Position numbers and translations under genes: made by a program. The notes beneath the pieces are model-generated. The model was not told where the DNA came from. It made no database searches and saw only the letters and a list, made by a program, of their open reading frames with translations. From Gammaproteobacteria bacterium (GTDB taxonomy: Bacteria > Pseudomonadota > Gammaproteobacteria > UBA4575), in the NCBI GenBank assembly GCA_965243395.1, contig CBDEUS010000002.1:416001-480000 (forward strand): a stretch of 64,000 nucleotides of DNA, written 5' to 3'. Shown one piece after another: positions 1 to 11,909 of this stretch; position 1 is the stretch's first letter; each line of letters opens with the position of its first letter.

Positions 1-380
1 CGAAATGCTTCATCATTTTTCTGTAAAGAAACAGGATAGGTTGGCAAATCTACTTGGCGAACATCGCCACCGCGTGTATCAATAATGATATCCAACACAT
101 CGGTTCGTACTTGTATTTTCTTGCTGCGATTTTTGGTTTGATGAATTTCAGCAACATTATTTGTAGCTGCTGTGTCCTGCGGTGCGTCGAGTGCATCAGG
201 AATATCATCTGAGTTCTCAGACAAGTTTAAATCATCCGCTACATTGTTGGATATTTGCTCATTACCTTCTTGAGTAGCCACCGAAGGTGGGCGCGGAGCA
301 TGTTCCTGTTGCCAAGTAAGCCATATCACATATAGCAAAAAAGCCAGTGCCAGATATAGAAAGAATCTTTGGTTTTCCAT
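1..380 (-). CDS. yidC: Membrane protein insertase YidC, N-terminal part (runs off the window)
   Basis: Read manually: ATG at 380 gives MENQRFFLYLALAFLLYVIWLTWQQEHAP, a typical YidC N-terminal TM. It follows rnpA-yidD. Confidence 0.9.
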   Translation of the reverse strand, partial: MENQRFFLYLALAFLLYVIWLTWQQEHAPRPPSVATQEGNEQISNNVADDLNLSENSDDIPDALDAPQDTAATNNVAEIHQTKNRSKKIQVRTDVLDIIIDTRGGDVRQVDLPTYPVSLQKNDEAF

Positions 381-393
381 TCTTTATGACTTT

Positions 394-633
394 CTATTTT
401 GGCTTGAGATTTTTGGGTACTGGGTCAATGCCACCTGCATGCCAAGGATGGCAACTTGCTACACGTTTTATAGCAAGCCAGCTACCGCGATATGGGCCAT
501 GCTGCTGCAATGCCTCTAAAGCATATTGTGAACACGTTGGATGAAACCTACATTGTTGTCCTAACCATGGGCTCAGCAGTAAGCGATATGCCTTGATTAA
601 GATAATTAGAAATTTACTTATCAACGTATGCAT
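394..633 (-). CDS. yidD: Membrane protein insertion efficiency factor YidD
   Basis: CRFHPTCSQYA and CHPWHAGGIDPVP motifs; lies between rnpA and yidC. Confidence 0.95.
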   Translation of the reverse strand: MHTLISKFLIILIKAYRLLLSPWLGQQCRFHPTCSQYALEALQQHGPYRGSWLAIKRVASCHPWHAGGIDPVPKNLKPK

Positions 634-637
634 TCTT

Positions 638-994
638 TTAAACTTGTTTCCACAATGTTTCGATTTGTAGCTTAAGGGTTTGCTTAAATTTCGTTTTTTT
701 GATGGCTTTGATAGGGCGTTTTAAAATTACGATATAGTCGCAGGTTGGAAGAGACGTTTTTGTTTGACGAAAACTCTCTCGGATAATTCTTTTTATAGTA
801 TTTCGATCTACTGCTCGCTTAGCGTTGCGTTTAGCTACTACAATCCCAAGGCGCGGTTGTCCAATTGCGTTTTCTCTTGACAGTATCGTAAAGAATTCGC
901 TGTTCGATTTTATTGCTTTATCAAAGACTCGAGTATATTGGCTTGCGTTTTGTAGCCGGTCTAGATGTGTGTACGCGTTTCTTTTAACTTGCAA
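638..994 (-). CDS. rnpA: Ribonuclease P protein component
   Basis: RLGIVVAKR and AVDRNTIKRIIRESFR (RNR motif); synteny. Confidence 0.95.
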   Translation of the reverse strand: MQVKRNAYTHLDRLQNASQYTRVFDKAIKSNSEFFTILSRENAIGQPRLGIVVAKRNAKRAVDRNTIKRIIRESFRQTKTSLPTCDYIVILKRPIKAIKKTKFKQTLKLQIETLWKQV

Positions 995-1024
995 AAATTC
1001 TTGTTAAAAAATCAATAGCAAAAA

Positions 1025-1174
1025 CTATGGTCGTCTTGTTTGCGGACAAAGACGTGCGCGACCACGTGCACGACGAGCATTGATTACAGCACGACCACCT
1101 TTTGTTTTCATTCTAGCTCTAAAGCCATGCGTTCGTGCGCGCTTTAAATTACTAGGTTGATATGTGCGTTTCAT
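1025..1174 (-). CDS. rpmH: 50S ribosomal protein L34 (49 aa, not in the ORF track)
   Basis: Manual translation: [49 protein letters not shown]. Confidence 0.97.
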   Translation of the reverse strand: MKRTYQPSNLKRARTHGFRARMKTKGGRAVINARRARGRARLCPQTRRP

Positions 1175-1303
1175 ATTATTCCAATTTAAATTTTAGTTAG
1201 TTCGTATTCCATCGATTTAATTATTCTATTTTAGTAAATGATTATTGCATTTACATTGCCACTACTTTTATATACTTAGAATAATTATTTAATAAGGTGC
1301 GCA

Positions 1304-1332
1304 AAAATAATCGCGCTACTAACATTTGTCAA
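1304..1332 (-). promoter_or_regulatory. Putative sigma70 promoter for the rpmH operon
   Basis: On the minus strand TTGACA-17 bp-TATTTT is followed by a GC-rich discriminator (TGCGCACC). Confidence 0.5.
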
Positions 1333-1354
1333 CGATTATTGTCTGACATTAAAC

Positions 1355-1363
1355 AGTGGATAA
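1355..1363. promoter_or_regulatory. DnaA box upstream of dnaA (probably autoregulatory)
   Basis: AGTGGATAA, one mismatch to TGTGGATAA, about 75 bp upstream of dnaA. Confidence 0.5.
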
Positions 1364-1438
1364 CAATCCTATTACTGGATAGACTGATCTACCCCTTAAC
1401 GATTTTACAACAATTATAAACTTACGGGAGTAGGCAGC

Positions 1439-2776
1439 GTGGCGAATGTTCTCTGGAAATCCTGTGTTCACAAACTTGAATCTGAGTTATCCGAACAACA
1501 ACTTAATACTTGGATCCGCCCTCTACACGCAATAGAGGAGAATGGCGGTTTAACCCTGCTAGCACCCAACCGTTTTGTGCTTGATTGGGTACAAGATAAT
1601 TTTCTTGCGCGTATCGACGAGTTAATCGCTGCCAACAATAAATGCGAGCGTCCGGTATGTCTTGAAATAGGCAGTAATAAACACCCAGCCACAACGACGA
1701 AACAGGCTGAAAAAATACAAGTCGTAAGTTCAGCTGCTTCCAAGTTACAAAATTTTAGCCACAACCTGAATCCAAATTTCACCTTTGACACCTTTGTTGA
1801 AGGCAAATCCAACCAGCTCCCTAAGGCAGCCGCCTTACAGGTAGCCAATCACCCGGGAGCCGCATACAACCCTTTGCTTATCTATGGTGGTGTGGGGTTA
1901 GGTAAAACACACTTGTTGCATGCGATTGGCAACCAGATGTTGGTGCAAAATCCTGCTGCGAAGATTTTATATTTACACTCCGAGCGTTTCGTAGCGGATA
2001 TGGTGAAAGCATTACAACATAACGCTATCAGTGAATTTAAGCGTTTTTATCGCACTGTAGATGCGTTATTGATTGACGATATTCAATTTTTTGCTGGTAA
2101 AGAGCGCTCTCAAGAAGAATTTTTTCATACTTTTAATACTTTGCTTGAGGGCCAACGACAGGTAATACTTACTTGCGACCGCTATCCCAAAGAAGTTGAA
2201 GACTTACAAGAGCGCTTGAAGTCACGTTTCGGGTGGGGCTTAACGCAATCCATTGAGCCGCCTGAATTAGAGACTCGCGTTGCCATCATGCAACGCAAAG
2301 CAGAATTACTACAGATTGAATTACCCAGTGATGTCGCCTTTTTCATTGGTAAGCGTATTCGTTCCAATATCCGTGAACTTGAAGGCGCGCTTCGCAGAGT
2401 CATCGCAAACGCACAATTTACCGGATCAGCGATTACTCTAGACTTTGCCAAAGAAGCTTTACATGATTTATTAGCTTTACAAGACAAGCTTGTCACGATC
2501 GATAATATCCAAAAAACAGTAGCTGAATTTTTTAAAATTCGCGTCTCAGATTTACTTTCTGCACGACGCAGTCGTTCAATCACACGTCCTCGGCAAATAG
2601 CAATGAGTTTAGCCAAAGAACTAACCAATCACAGTTTGCCTGAAATTGGTGATGCCTTCGGTGGCCGGGATCATACAACGGTGTTGCATGCTTGCAGAAA
2701 AATAAAAAGTTTAAGGGAAAGCGATTCGCGTATTAACGATGATTACATCAATCTATTACGCAACTTAAACAATTAA
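1439..2776 (+). CDS. dnaA: Chromosomal replication initiator DnaA
   Basis: [17 protein letters not shown] Walker A, LLIDDIQF Walker [12 protein letters not shown] domain IV. Confidence 0.99.
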   Translation: MANVLWKSCVHKLESELSEQQLNTWIRPLHAIEENGGLTLLAPNRFVLDWVQDNFLARIDELIAANNKCERPVCLEIGSNKHPATTTKQAEKIQVVSSAASKLQNFSHNLNPNFTFDTFVEGKSNQLPKAAALQVANHPGAAYNPLLIYGGVGLGKTHLLHAIGNQMLVQNPAAKILYLHSERFVADMVKALQHNAISEFKRFYRTVDALLIDDIQFFAGKERSQEEFFHTFNTLLEGQRQVILTCDRYPKEVEDLQERLKSRFGWGLTQSIEPPELETRVAIMQRKAELLQIELPSDVAFFIGKRIRSNIRELEGALRRVIANAQFTGSAITLDFAKEALHDLLALQDKLVTIDNIQKTVAEFFKIRVSDLLSARRSRSITRPRQIAMSLAKELTNHSLPEIGDAFGGRDHTTVLHACRKIKSLRESDSRINDDYINLLRNLNN

Positions 2777-3002
2777 AACAGCAACAATTTAATATCACTG
2801 TTGATTGGCTGTGTAAAAAAAGTGATATAGTTTGTAAAGCTTTTGTAATGCAGATTTATACCTATACTAAACAGCATAAAAGAACGCTTACTAAACTACT
2901 TTTTCTCAAGTTAAATCTACTTAAGATATTGACTTTAAACAAGTAATTAATGTTATCCACAGCAAAAGAGCCGTTCTATAACAACTACTAATTATATAAA
3001 TA
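2777..3002. other. Candidate replication origin (oriC) in the dnaA-dnaN spacer
   Basis: AT-rich 226 bp spacer. It has a perfect DnaA box TTATCCACA (2953-2961), an IHF-like site (2922-2934), degenerate boxes, and a CTA/CAA trio-like run followed by an AT tract. Confidence 0.6.
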
Positions 3003-4103
3003 ATGCAGTTATCTATAACACGTGAAGATCTGTTAAAACCCCTACAACAAATTATAGGTGCTGTTGAGCGCAGGCAAACCATGCCCGCACTCAGTAATCT
3101 GTTAATCCGGGGCGACGACCAGGCTATAACGATCACTGCAACGGATTTAGAGGTTGAATTAGTTGCCAATTTAGAATTCGGGCTAGAAGACCAGGGGACA
3201 ACCACAATACCGGCTAGAAAACTCTTAGATATATGCCGCTCTTTACCTGAACAAGCAAAAATTACTATCAACTCCAGTAATGAAAAAGTAAAAGTGAGCT
3301 CAGGTCGAAGCCGCTTTTCACTGGTGACACTCCCGGCCGAAGATTTTCCTACAATTGACGACCTTGAGCTGGATCAAAATGTTGTTATTAGCGAAGGCAA
3401 ATTTAAAGCATTGATCGACAAAACAGCTTTTGCAATGGCACAACAAGATGTGCGTTATTATCTAAATGGATTGTTGTTGGAAGTGGACACGGAACAGATT
3501 CGCACAGTCGCAACGGATGGTCATCGATTAGCACTCTCACAGCTAGATCATAAGTCGGATATCGAAGGCTCCAGACAGATCATACTGCCACGCAAAGGAG
3601 TGCAGGAGTTACAGCGTTTATTGAGCAGTGAAGATGACAACATCACAGTTGCTTTAGGTAAGAATCATATCCGTGTCAATCTTGCCAATTTGCAATTTAC
3701 CTCGAAGTTAATCGATGGACGTTTTCCCGAGTATCAACGGGTGTTGCCTGAGGAGAGCGATAATCGCGCGAAAATTGATAAAGTACAGCTAAAACAAGCG
3801 CTTACACGAGCATCGATCTTGTCGAATGAGAAATATAAAGGCATAAGATTAATCCTCGATAACAATTCTTTAGTCATTCAAGCGCATAACCCTGAGCATG
3901 AAGAAGCTGAAGATGAAATTGAAATTGAATATTCTGGAGATCGTTTAGAGGTTGGTTTTAATGTTGTGTACCTATTGGATGTGCTCAATGTTTTAGATTC
4001 TGATGCAGTTGAGGTAATTATTCAGGATGCGAATAGTAGTGCCTTAATTATTTCACCTGACACACAGGCAAGTCGTTACGTTGTAATGCCAATGCGTCTT
4101 TAG
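3003..4103 (+). CDS. dnaN: DNA polymerase III beta sliding clamp
   Basis: ATDLEVEL, QDVRYYLNG, ATDGHRL, C-terminal YVVMPMRL. Confidence 0.99.
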   Translation: MQLSITREDLLKPLQQIIGAVERRQTMPALSNLLIRGDDQAITITATDLEVELVANLEFGLEDQGTTTIPARKLLDICRSLPEQAKITINSSNEKVKVSSGRSRFSLVTLPAEDFPTIDDLELDQNVVISEGKFKALIDKTAFAMAQQDVRYYLNGLLLEVDTEQIRTVATDGHRLALSQLDHKSDIEGSRQIILPRKGVQELQRLLSSEDDNITVALGKNHIRVNLANLQFTSKLIDGRFPEYQRVLPEESDNRAKIDKVQLKQALTRASILSNEKYKGIRLILDNNSLVIQAHNPEHEEAEDEIEIEYSGDRLEVGFNVVYLLDVLNVLDSDAVEVIIQDANSSALIISPDTQASRYVVMPMRL

Positions 4104-4123
4104 CCAAAACCCTACTACCCGCA

Positions 4124-5200
4124 TTGGCGCTGAAAACACTCCTGGTTCAAAACCTAAGGATTATTCAACAACTCGAAATTTCTCTGGCAGCTGATGCCAA
4201 TTTATTTGTTGGCGAGAATGGCGCAGGTAAAACCAGTATTCTTGAAGCGATTGATATCCTCAGTCGCGGGCGTTCATTTCGGGAACGGCGCACCCAGGCT
4301 TTGCTACGAAAAGACAGTAATGATCTAGTTATAAGCAGCGCCTTAATTCCTGCTGGCGAGGAAATTTATCTAGGAATCCAGAAGTCTGCAAGACAAACCC
4401 TCCTTCATTTGAACCAGGAAAAGGTAAGCTCGATTTCCACCCATGCGAGTTATTTACCTGTTGTTAGCCTGCATCCAGATTCACATCGACTGATTCAGGG
4501 TGGCGGAAAGTATCGTAGAAAATATATGGATTGGTCAGCGTTTCACGTGGAACCTTCTTTTCTTCAATACTGGCGTAACTACAGCAAATGTTTAAAACAG
4601 CGCAATCAAGCCCTACGCGATCAATGTACAGCAGAAGAATTGTCCGTATGGACTGGAGAATTGAACGAATATGCCAACTCTGTAGATCGCGTAAGATCGG
4701 AACTTTTTGCGCAACTTAATCGCTTAATCGACGAATATAGTAGTAAATTGATGCCAGAAGCGGAAGTTAATATCAGCTACTACCGTGGTTGGCCAGAGGA
4801 ATTAGTACTAGAAGATGCGCTACGGGAAGCTCTTGCTCAAGAACGACACATAAAAACCACTCGCTTAGGACCTCATCGCGCGGATCTTAGGTTGTTCCTA
4901 AATGGGCAAGAGGCTGCGGCGGCAGCTTCTAGAGGCCAGCAAAAACTATTAGCAGCTTGTCTCTTACTTGCCCAGATCAAGCACATCCAGCAAACCCGCT
5001 CTCAAAAGTGTGTTGTGTTGCTAGACGACATCAGAGCCGAATTGGATCAAGAGCATGCTCATGCGCTACTGACTGCCTTGCAAGAGCTTGGCTGTCAGGT
5101 GTTTATTACCGCAATCGATCAGGAGCAAAATGATCTGACCGGGTGGCAAGATGTAAAGGTGTTTCACGTGAAACAAGGCGTTTGTAAAGCAATGAAGTAA
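4124..5200 (+). CDS. recF: DNA replication/repair protein RecF
   Basis: GENGAGKTSILEAI Walker A, SRGQQK, LLDD; lies between dnaN and gyrB. Confidence 0.97.
   Translation: MALKTLLVQNLRIIQQLEISLAADANLFVGENGAGKTSILEAIDILSRGRSFRERRTQALLRKDSNDLVISSALIPAGEEIYLGIQKSARQTLLHLNQEKVSSISTHASYLPVVSLHPDSHRLIQGGGKYRRKYMDWSAFHVEPSFLQYWRNYSKCLKQRNQALRDQCTAEELSVWTGELNEYANSVDRVRSELFAQLNRLIDEYSSKLMPEAEVNISYYRGWPEELVLEDALREALAQERHIKTTRLGPHRADLRLFLNGQEAAAAASRGQQKLLAACLLLAQIKHIQQTRSQKCVVLLDDIRAELDQEHAHALLTALQELGCQVFITAIDQEQNDLTGWQDVKVFHVKQGVCKAMK
4539..4554. promoter_or_regulatory. parS site (near-consensus) inside recF
   Basis: CGTTTCACGTGGAACC compared with the parS consensus TGTTTCACGTGAAACA. Confidence 0.75.
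5160..5175. promoter_or_regulatory. parS site (perfect palindrome) inside recF
   Basis: TGTTTCACGTGAAACA, the exact consensus, about 2 kb from the candidate origin. Confidence 0.9.
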
Positions 5201-5254
5201 ATAATAAAAATTCATTTATTAAGCAAGGATTTGCAAGCCCTCAACGCTTAGGCT

Positions 5255-5263
5255 TGGTATAAT
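5255..5263 (+). promoter_or_regulatory. Extended -10 promoter element of gyrB
   Basis: TGGTATAAT (TGn-TATAAT) 30 bp upstream of the gyrB ATG. Confidence 0.55.
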
Positions 5264-5287
5264 ATGCGACTTATAAATTAACGCTGA

Positions 5288-7750
<2,463 letters not shown>

Positions 7751-7905
7751 TGAAGAATAAAAAACACTAAATATTATTGAGTTAGTCAGAATTAAATAAG
7801 CATTGGTCCCCGTAGAACTAGTGTAGATAGTTGATTTTAAAGAAAATACCCCCATATTAGTTGATAAATAGCAAAGTATTTCAATCTAAAAACTAGGGAG
7901 CATAT

Positions 7906-8478
7906 ATGGGTATCGGTAGCATCGTTTTTTTAGCCATCATTGTAGTTTTGGTTGGCTACTTCATCGTAATTTATAACAACCTAGTTAACTTAAAACATGC
8001 AGTAAGCAAAGCATGGTCAAATATTGACGTGTTGTTAAAGCAACGTCACGATGAAATTCCAAAACTGGTTGAAGTGTGTAAGCAATACATGGGTTATGAA
8101 CAAGAAACACTTACCAAAGTAATGGAGGCCCGCACAAGAGTTTCAAATGCACAGCAATCTGGAGACATGAATGCACTCGGTTCTGCCGAAGGCATGTTGC
8201 GCATGGGTTTGGGTAATTTATTTGCTGTTGCTGAAGAGTATCCAGAGCTGAAAGCTAATGAAACATTTAACCATTTACAACAACGTATTTCTGGTTTAGA
8301 GAATTCTATCGCTGATCGACGTGAATTTTATAATGAAAGCGTGAATCGCAATAATGTACGTATCGAACAGTTTCCTGACATTATTGTTGCTCGTGCTATG
8401 GCGTTTAAGGCTTTCGATCTGCTTGAGTTTGCTGAATCAGAAACTCAAGATGTAGATGTAAAAGCGTTGTTTACGTAG
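7906..8478 (+). CDS. lemA: LemA family protein
   Basis: N-terminal TM, AWSNIDVLLKQRHDEIP, AVAEEYPELKANETF, RREFYNESV. Confidence 0.92.
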   Translation: MGIGSIVFLAIIVVLVGYFIVIYNNLVNLKHAVSKAWSNIDVLLKQRHDEIPKLVEVCKQYMGYEQETLTKVMEARTRVSNAQQSGDMNALGSAEGMLRMGLGNLFAVAEEYPELKANETFNHLQQRISGLENSIADRREFYNESVNRNNVRIEQFPDIIVARAMAFKAFDLLEFAESETQDVDVKALFT

Positions 8479-8509
8479 TTAATAATTTTTTAACTTTTCC
8501 TTTCTACTA

Positions 8510-9427
8510 ATGCAGTTGGCAAATCACTTTAGTCAAGGTGATTGGTTTTTAATAACTGTTCTTATTATTGCTGCAATTGCCTGCTTGTTTGCGGCACTGC
8601 GCATGTTTCATCGCGCACGTTTAATTGAAGATATGCCTACTTCTAAAATTCGCTCTTGTCCGCAAGGTTATGTTGAACTTTTTGGAACCGCAAAGTGGAT
8701 GGAGGGGCCTGAAATACAAGCTCCTTTAAGTGGATTACCCTGTGTTTGGTATTCATTTACGGTGGAAGAATACATTCCACAATCTAAACAAAAGTGGCGA
8801 CGTATCAATAGCGGCGTGAGTGATCAGTTATTTTTACTTGAGGACGATACGGGCGCGTGTGTAGTAGACCCGGATGATGCAGAAGTAACACCCACATCAA
8901 GTACAACCTGGTATGGCAATGAGCGTATAGGCCCACGAACCCATACTTCACCATTAGACATTTTAACAAGCGCACTTATGCAATCCGGGCAGAAATACCG
9001 TTATACAGAAAAACGCATTGATGTGTATGAATCTTTGTATGCAATAGGTGAGTTTTGTTCAATCGGCACGGATTATCGCCAAAGTATAAAAGAAGCTGTA
9101 CTTGAAAAGTTGCGTGTTTTAAAACGAGATAAAGAAAAGCTTGCAACCTATGATAAGAATCAAGACGGTCAAATTGATGAAAACGAATGGCAACAAGCGC
9201 GGATTGATGCCAAGCAAGCTGCGGTGGAGGATCAATTAGCCAAACCTATGCCACAGCGCATGCATATGCTGAAAAAACCACAAACAAAAAAATATCAGCC
9301 TTTTTTACTCTCTACTAAATCAGAATCCCACATATCAAGAAATAACCGAATCTTTTCTGCAGGGCTGGCTTCTTTGTTTGTTTTGTTTATAACCAGCATC
9401 TTTTTAAAAATAACAGGTGTTTTCTAG
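8510..9427 (+). CDS. Two-TM GIDE/BAM-like (MUL1-type 'E3 ligase family') domain protein with an EF-hand-like loop
   Basis: N- and C-terminal TM segments; RLIEDMPTSKIRS, GYVEL, APLSGLPCVWY and FLLEDDTG..VDP motifs; DKNQDGQIDENE loop; no RING domain. Confidence 0.7.
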   Translation: MQLANHFSQGDWFLITVLIIAAIACLFAALRMFHRARLIEDMPTSKIRSCPQGYVELFGTAKWMEGPEIQAPLSGLPCVWYSFTVEEYIPQSKQKWRRINSGVSDQLFLLEDDTGACVVDPDDAEVTPTSSTTWYGNERIGPRTHTSPLDILTSALMQSGQKYRYTEKRIDVYESLYAIGEFCSIGTDYRQSIKEAVLEKLRVLKRDKEKLATYDKNQDGQIDENEWQQARIDAKQAAVEDQLAKPMPQRMHMLKKPQTKKYQPFLLSTKSESHISRNNRIFSAGLASLFVLFITSIFLKITGVF

Positions 9428-9482
9428 AGCTGTAAATAAAAAGACGTCTCAGTTGAATTAAGTTCAGGCATAATGCTTGGTT

Positions 9483-10130
9483 ATGCAAATAAAAGTTGTT
9501 TTAATTTTATTACTTATTCTTAGTACTCCTCTGTATGCCCAGGAGTTTGCATATGTAACGGATTCATTGCGACTGCGTTTATATACTGATGCTAACGACA
9601 GTAGTGATGTATTAGCTACGTTAGAAAGTGGCGATTCCGTTGAAGTGCTTGAAACTCTCGGCGGGTTTAGTCGAGTGATTACAAATGATGGTACTGAGGG
9701 ATGGGTGAAATCGGCTTTTTTGGTAAGTGAGCCGCCAGCAAAATTATTGTATTACTCGGTTAGTGAACAAAATGAAGAATTACAAGCACAGCTCACGGAA
9801 CTACAAAACAACTTGTCCGCATCATCAACAACAAACAATGAAGCAGACAGTAAACTGATTGCAGAACTACAAACTGCATTGGCAAATGAACAAGAGCTTA
9901 ATCAAAAACTGCAACAACAAATCACAGATGTAGAACACAGTCAGGTTAATCAAACTACGAACCCACCTGTATCGGATCAATTATCGGCGAAAGCATTTCC
10001 CAGTTTTGAAAATAAAGTTTGGTTGATAGCAGGCATACCATTGCTACTAATAATCATAGGCTTTTTATTGGGCATGAAATTTTCAAACGGCCGCATGCGC
10101 AAGCGTTTACATGGTTTCACGCTTAAATAG
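9483..10130 (+). CDS. SH3-domain protein (YgiM/TIGR04211-like): signal peptide, SH3b, coiled coil, C-terminal TM
   Basis: YVTDSLRLRL...LESGDSVEVL...GTEGWV; Gln/Glu-rich coil; hydrophobic C-terminus with a basic tail. Confidence 0.75.
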   Translation: MQIKVVLILLLILSTPLYAQEFAYVTDSLRLRLYTDANDSSDVLATLESGDSVEVLETLGGFSRVITNDGTEGWVKSAFLVSEPPAKLLYYSVSEQNEELQAQLTELQNNLSASSTTNNEADSKLIAELQTALANEQELNQKLQQQITDVEHSQVNQTTNPPVSDQLSAKAFPSFENKVWLIAGIPLLLIIIGFLLGMKFSNGRMRKRLHGFTLK

Positions 10131-10140
10131 ATATTAATCA

Positions 10141-10905
10141 ATGAAAATAGCCTCTTGGAACGTAAATTCATTACGCGTGCGCTTACCGCAAGTGTTGGAA
10201 TGGTTGCAAGATAATCCTGTGGATGTGTTGGCATTACAGGAAACTAAAATGGTCGATGAAGATTTCCCAGTGCAAGAAATCAATAAAGCCGGTTATCAGG
10301 TTCAGTATGCAGGGCAAAAGACGTATAACGGTGTTGCTGTTCTTTCTAGATTGGATGGAACAGATGTAATTACTGATATACCTGGCTTGGATGACCCACA
10401 ACGGCGAATTCTAGCGGTCACGATTGATGATATACGCGTGCTGAACCTTTATGTAGTAAACGGCAAAGAAGTGGGCTCAGACAAATATGAATATAAGCTT
10501 GACTGGCTGAAGAAAGTGACTGCCTTCATCAAAAAAGAAATAGAAAAATACCCTAATTTCGTCGTATTAGGTGATTTTAATATTGCCCCGGAAGATGCCG
10601 ATGTGCATGACCCGCTTGCTTGGAAAGATAAAGTGCTTTGTAGCGATAAGGAACGCCAAGCGCTCCAAGCCATTATTGATTTGGGGTTTGTTGATACATT
10701 CAGACTGTTTGATCAAGAGGAAAATACATTCAGCTGGTGGGATTACCGCGCCGCTGGATTTCGTCGTAACTTGGGTTTGCGTATCGATCTCATCTTGGCC
10801 AGTGCGGCACTGGAGGGAAACTGCGCTTTTAGTGTGGTGGACAAAGCCCCTCGAAGTAATGAACGCCCCTCCGATCATGCCCCGGTGATGGCGGAGTTCA
10901 TGTAG
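10141..10905 (+). CDS. xthA: Exodeoxyribonuclease III
   Basis: MKIASWNVNS, LQETK, GDFNIAP, SWWDYR, GLRIDLIL, PSDHAPV. Confidence 0.93.
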   Translation: MKIASWNVNSLRVRLPQVLEWLQDNPVDVLALQETKMVDEDFPVQEINKAGYQVQYAGQKTYNGVAVLSRLDGTDVITDIPGLDDPQRRILAVTIDDIRVLNLYVVNGKEVGSDKYEYKLDWLKKVTAFIKKEIEKYPNFVVLGDFNIAPEDADVHDPLAWKDKVLCSDKERQALQAIIDLGFVDTFRLFDQEENTFSWWDYRAAGFRRNLGLRIDLILASAALEGNCAFSVVDKAPRSNERPSDHAPVMAEFM

Positions 10906-11195
10906 CGATCAGCCGCGAATGTCTGATATGTTGTAGCCATAATACGCGAAAATCTAAAAAAGATGTAAAAAAGTTGCTTTTTGAATGCTAGATTTTAGGT
11001 ATCTCAATGCTCCGTAGTCTATGCCTTAACTTTTTTGTCAGCATACTCTGCAAACAATATCAGTGTTTTTGGTGTGATCTTGATTAGTTAGTTTCAATCC
11101 GTGTTTGCTGAATATAAAAAAGATTCGCACTTGGCATCCTTTGATAGTTAAGACAAACTTCGTTCTTCAAATCCACTAACGTGAGGTGTTAAAAA

Positions 11196-11834
11196 ATGCG
11201 CAACATTATGGTGATTAATTCAAAGGGTGGTTCAGGTAAGTCTACAGTGGCGACTAATTTGGCTTCCTATTTTGCTTCGCAGGGTAAAAGCGTAGTCATA
11301 ATGGATTATGACCCACAAGGAAGCAGCATGTCTTGGTTAGAGGCCAGATCTTCCGCGAGACAACCCATTCAAGGAATTGCCGCATATAAAAAGAATGCCA
11401 AACGTCCTAGCCGTAAAACAGAATTTGTGATTCATGATGCTCCAGCTGGTAAGCATGGCGGTGAGTTGAGCAAGATGATAAATAAAGCTCAGACCATTCT
11501 GATTCCGGTTCTCCCTTCTCCCATTGATATGCGCGCCGTAATTGATTTCATTACAGAAATTAAAAAATCTGCACCGGTGCAACGTAAAAAAGCCAAGCTT
11601 GCATTGATAGCCAATCGCTCACGTGATTACACCAACATATATTGGGAGCTGGATGACTTACTTAGCCGGCAACGCATTCCGTTTTTAACTATGCTGCGTG
11701 ATAGTCAAAACTATATTAAAGCGGCTGAACGAGGACTGGGCATATTTGAAATGGCCCCTGCAGCCACCGAGCTTGACCGAGAAATGTGGGAGCCCATCAT
11801 AAAGTGGGTGAAAAGTAGACGAAGTCGACCGTAA
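11196..11834 (+). CDS. Orphan ParA/MinD-family ATPase
   Basis: Deviant Walker A KGGSGKST, DYDPQGS, DAPAG, PVLPSPID; no adjacent parB. Confidence 0.85.
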   Translation: MRNIMVINSKGGSGKSTVATNLASYFASQGKSVVIMDYDPQGSSMSWLEARSSARQPIQGIAAYKKNAKRPSRKTEFVIHDAPAGKHGGELSKMINKAQTILIPVLPSPIDMRAVIDFITEIKKSAPVQRKKAKLALIANRSRDYTNIYWELDDLLSRQRIPFLTMLRDSQNYIKAAERGLGIFEMAPAATELDREMWEPIIKWVKSRRSRP

Positions 11835-11909
11835 ACTTAATGGGCTAGTCATAATTGCTTGCCACACTTTCTTTATCGAAAATTACCAGAGAGTGTAGCC
11901 GTGAGATGT

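Noticed and set aside
347-544. 65 aa plus-strand ORF, and the many similar short antisense or overlapping ORFs in the track
   Set aside because: They are shadows of well-supported genes on another frame or strand and have no motifs.
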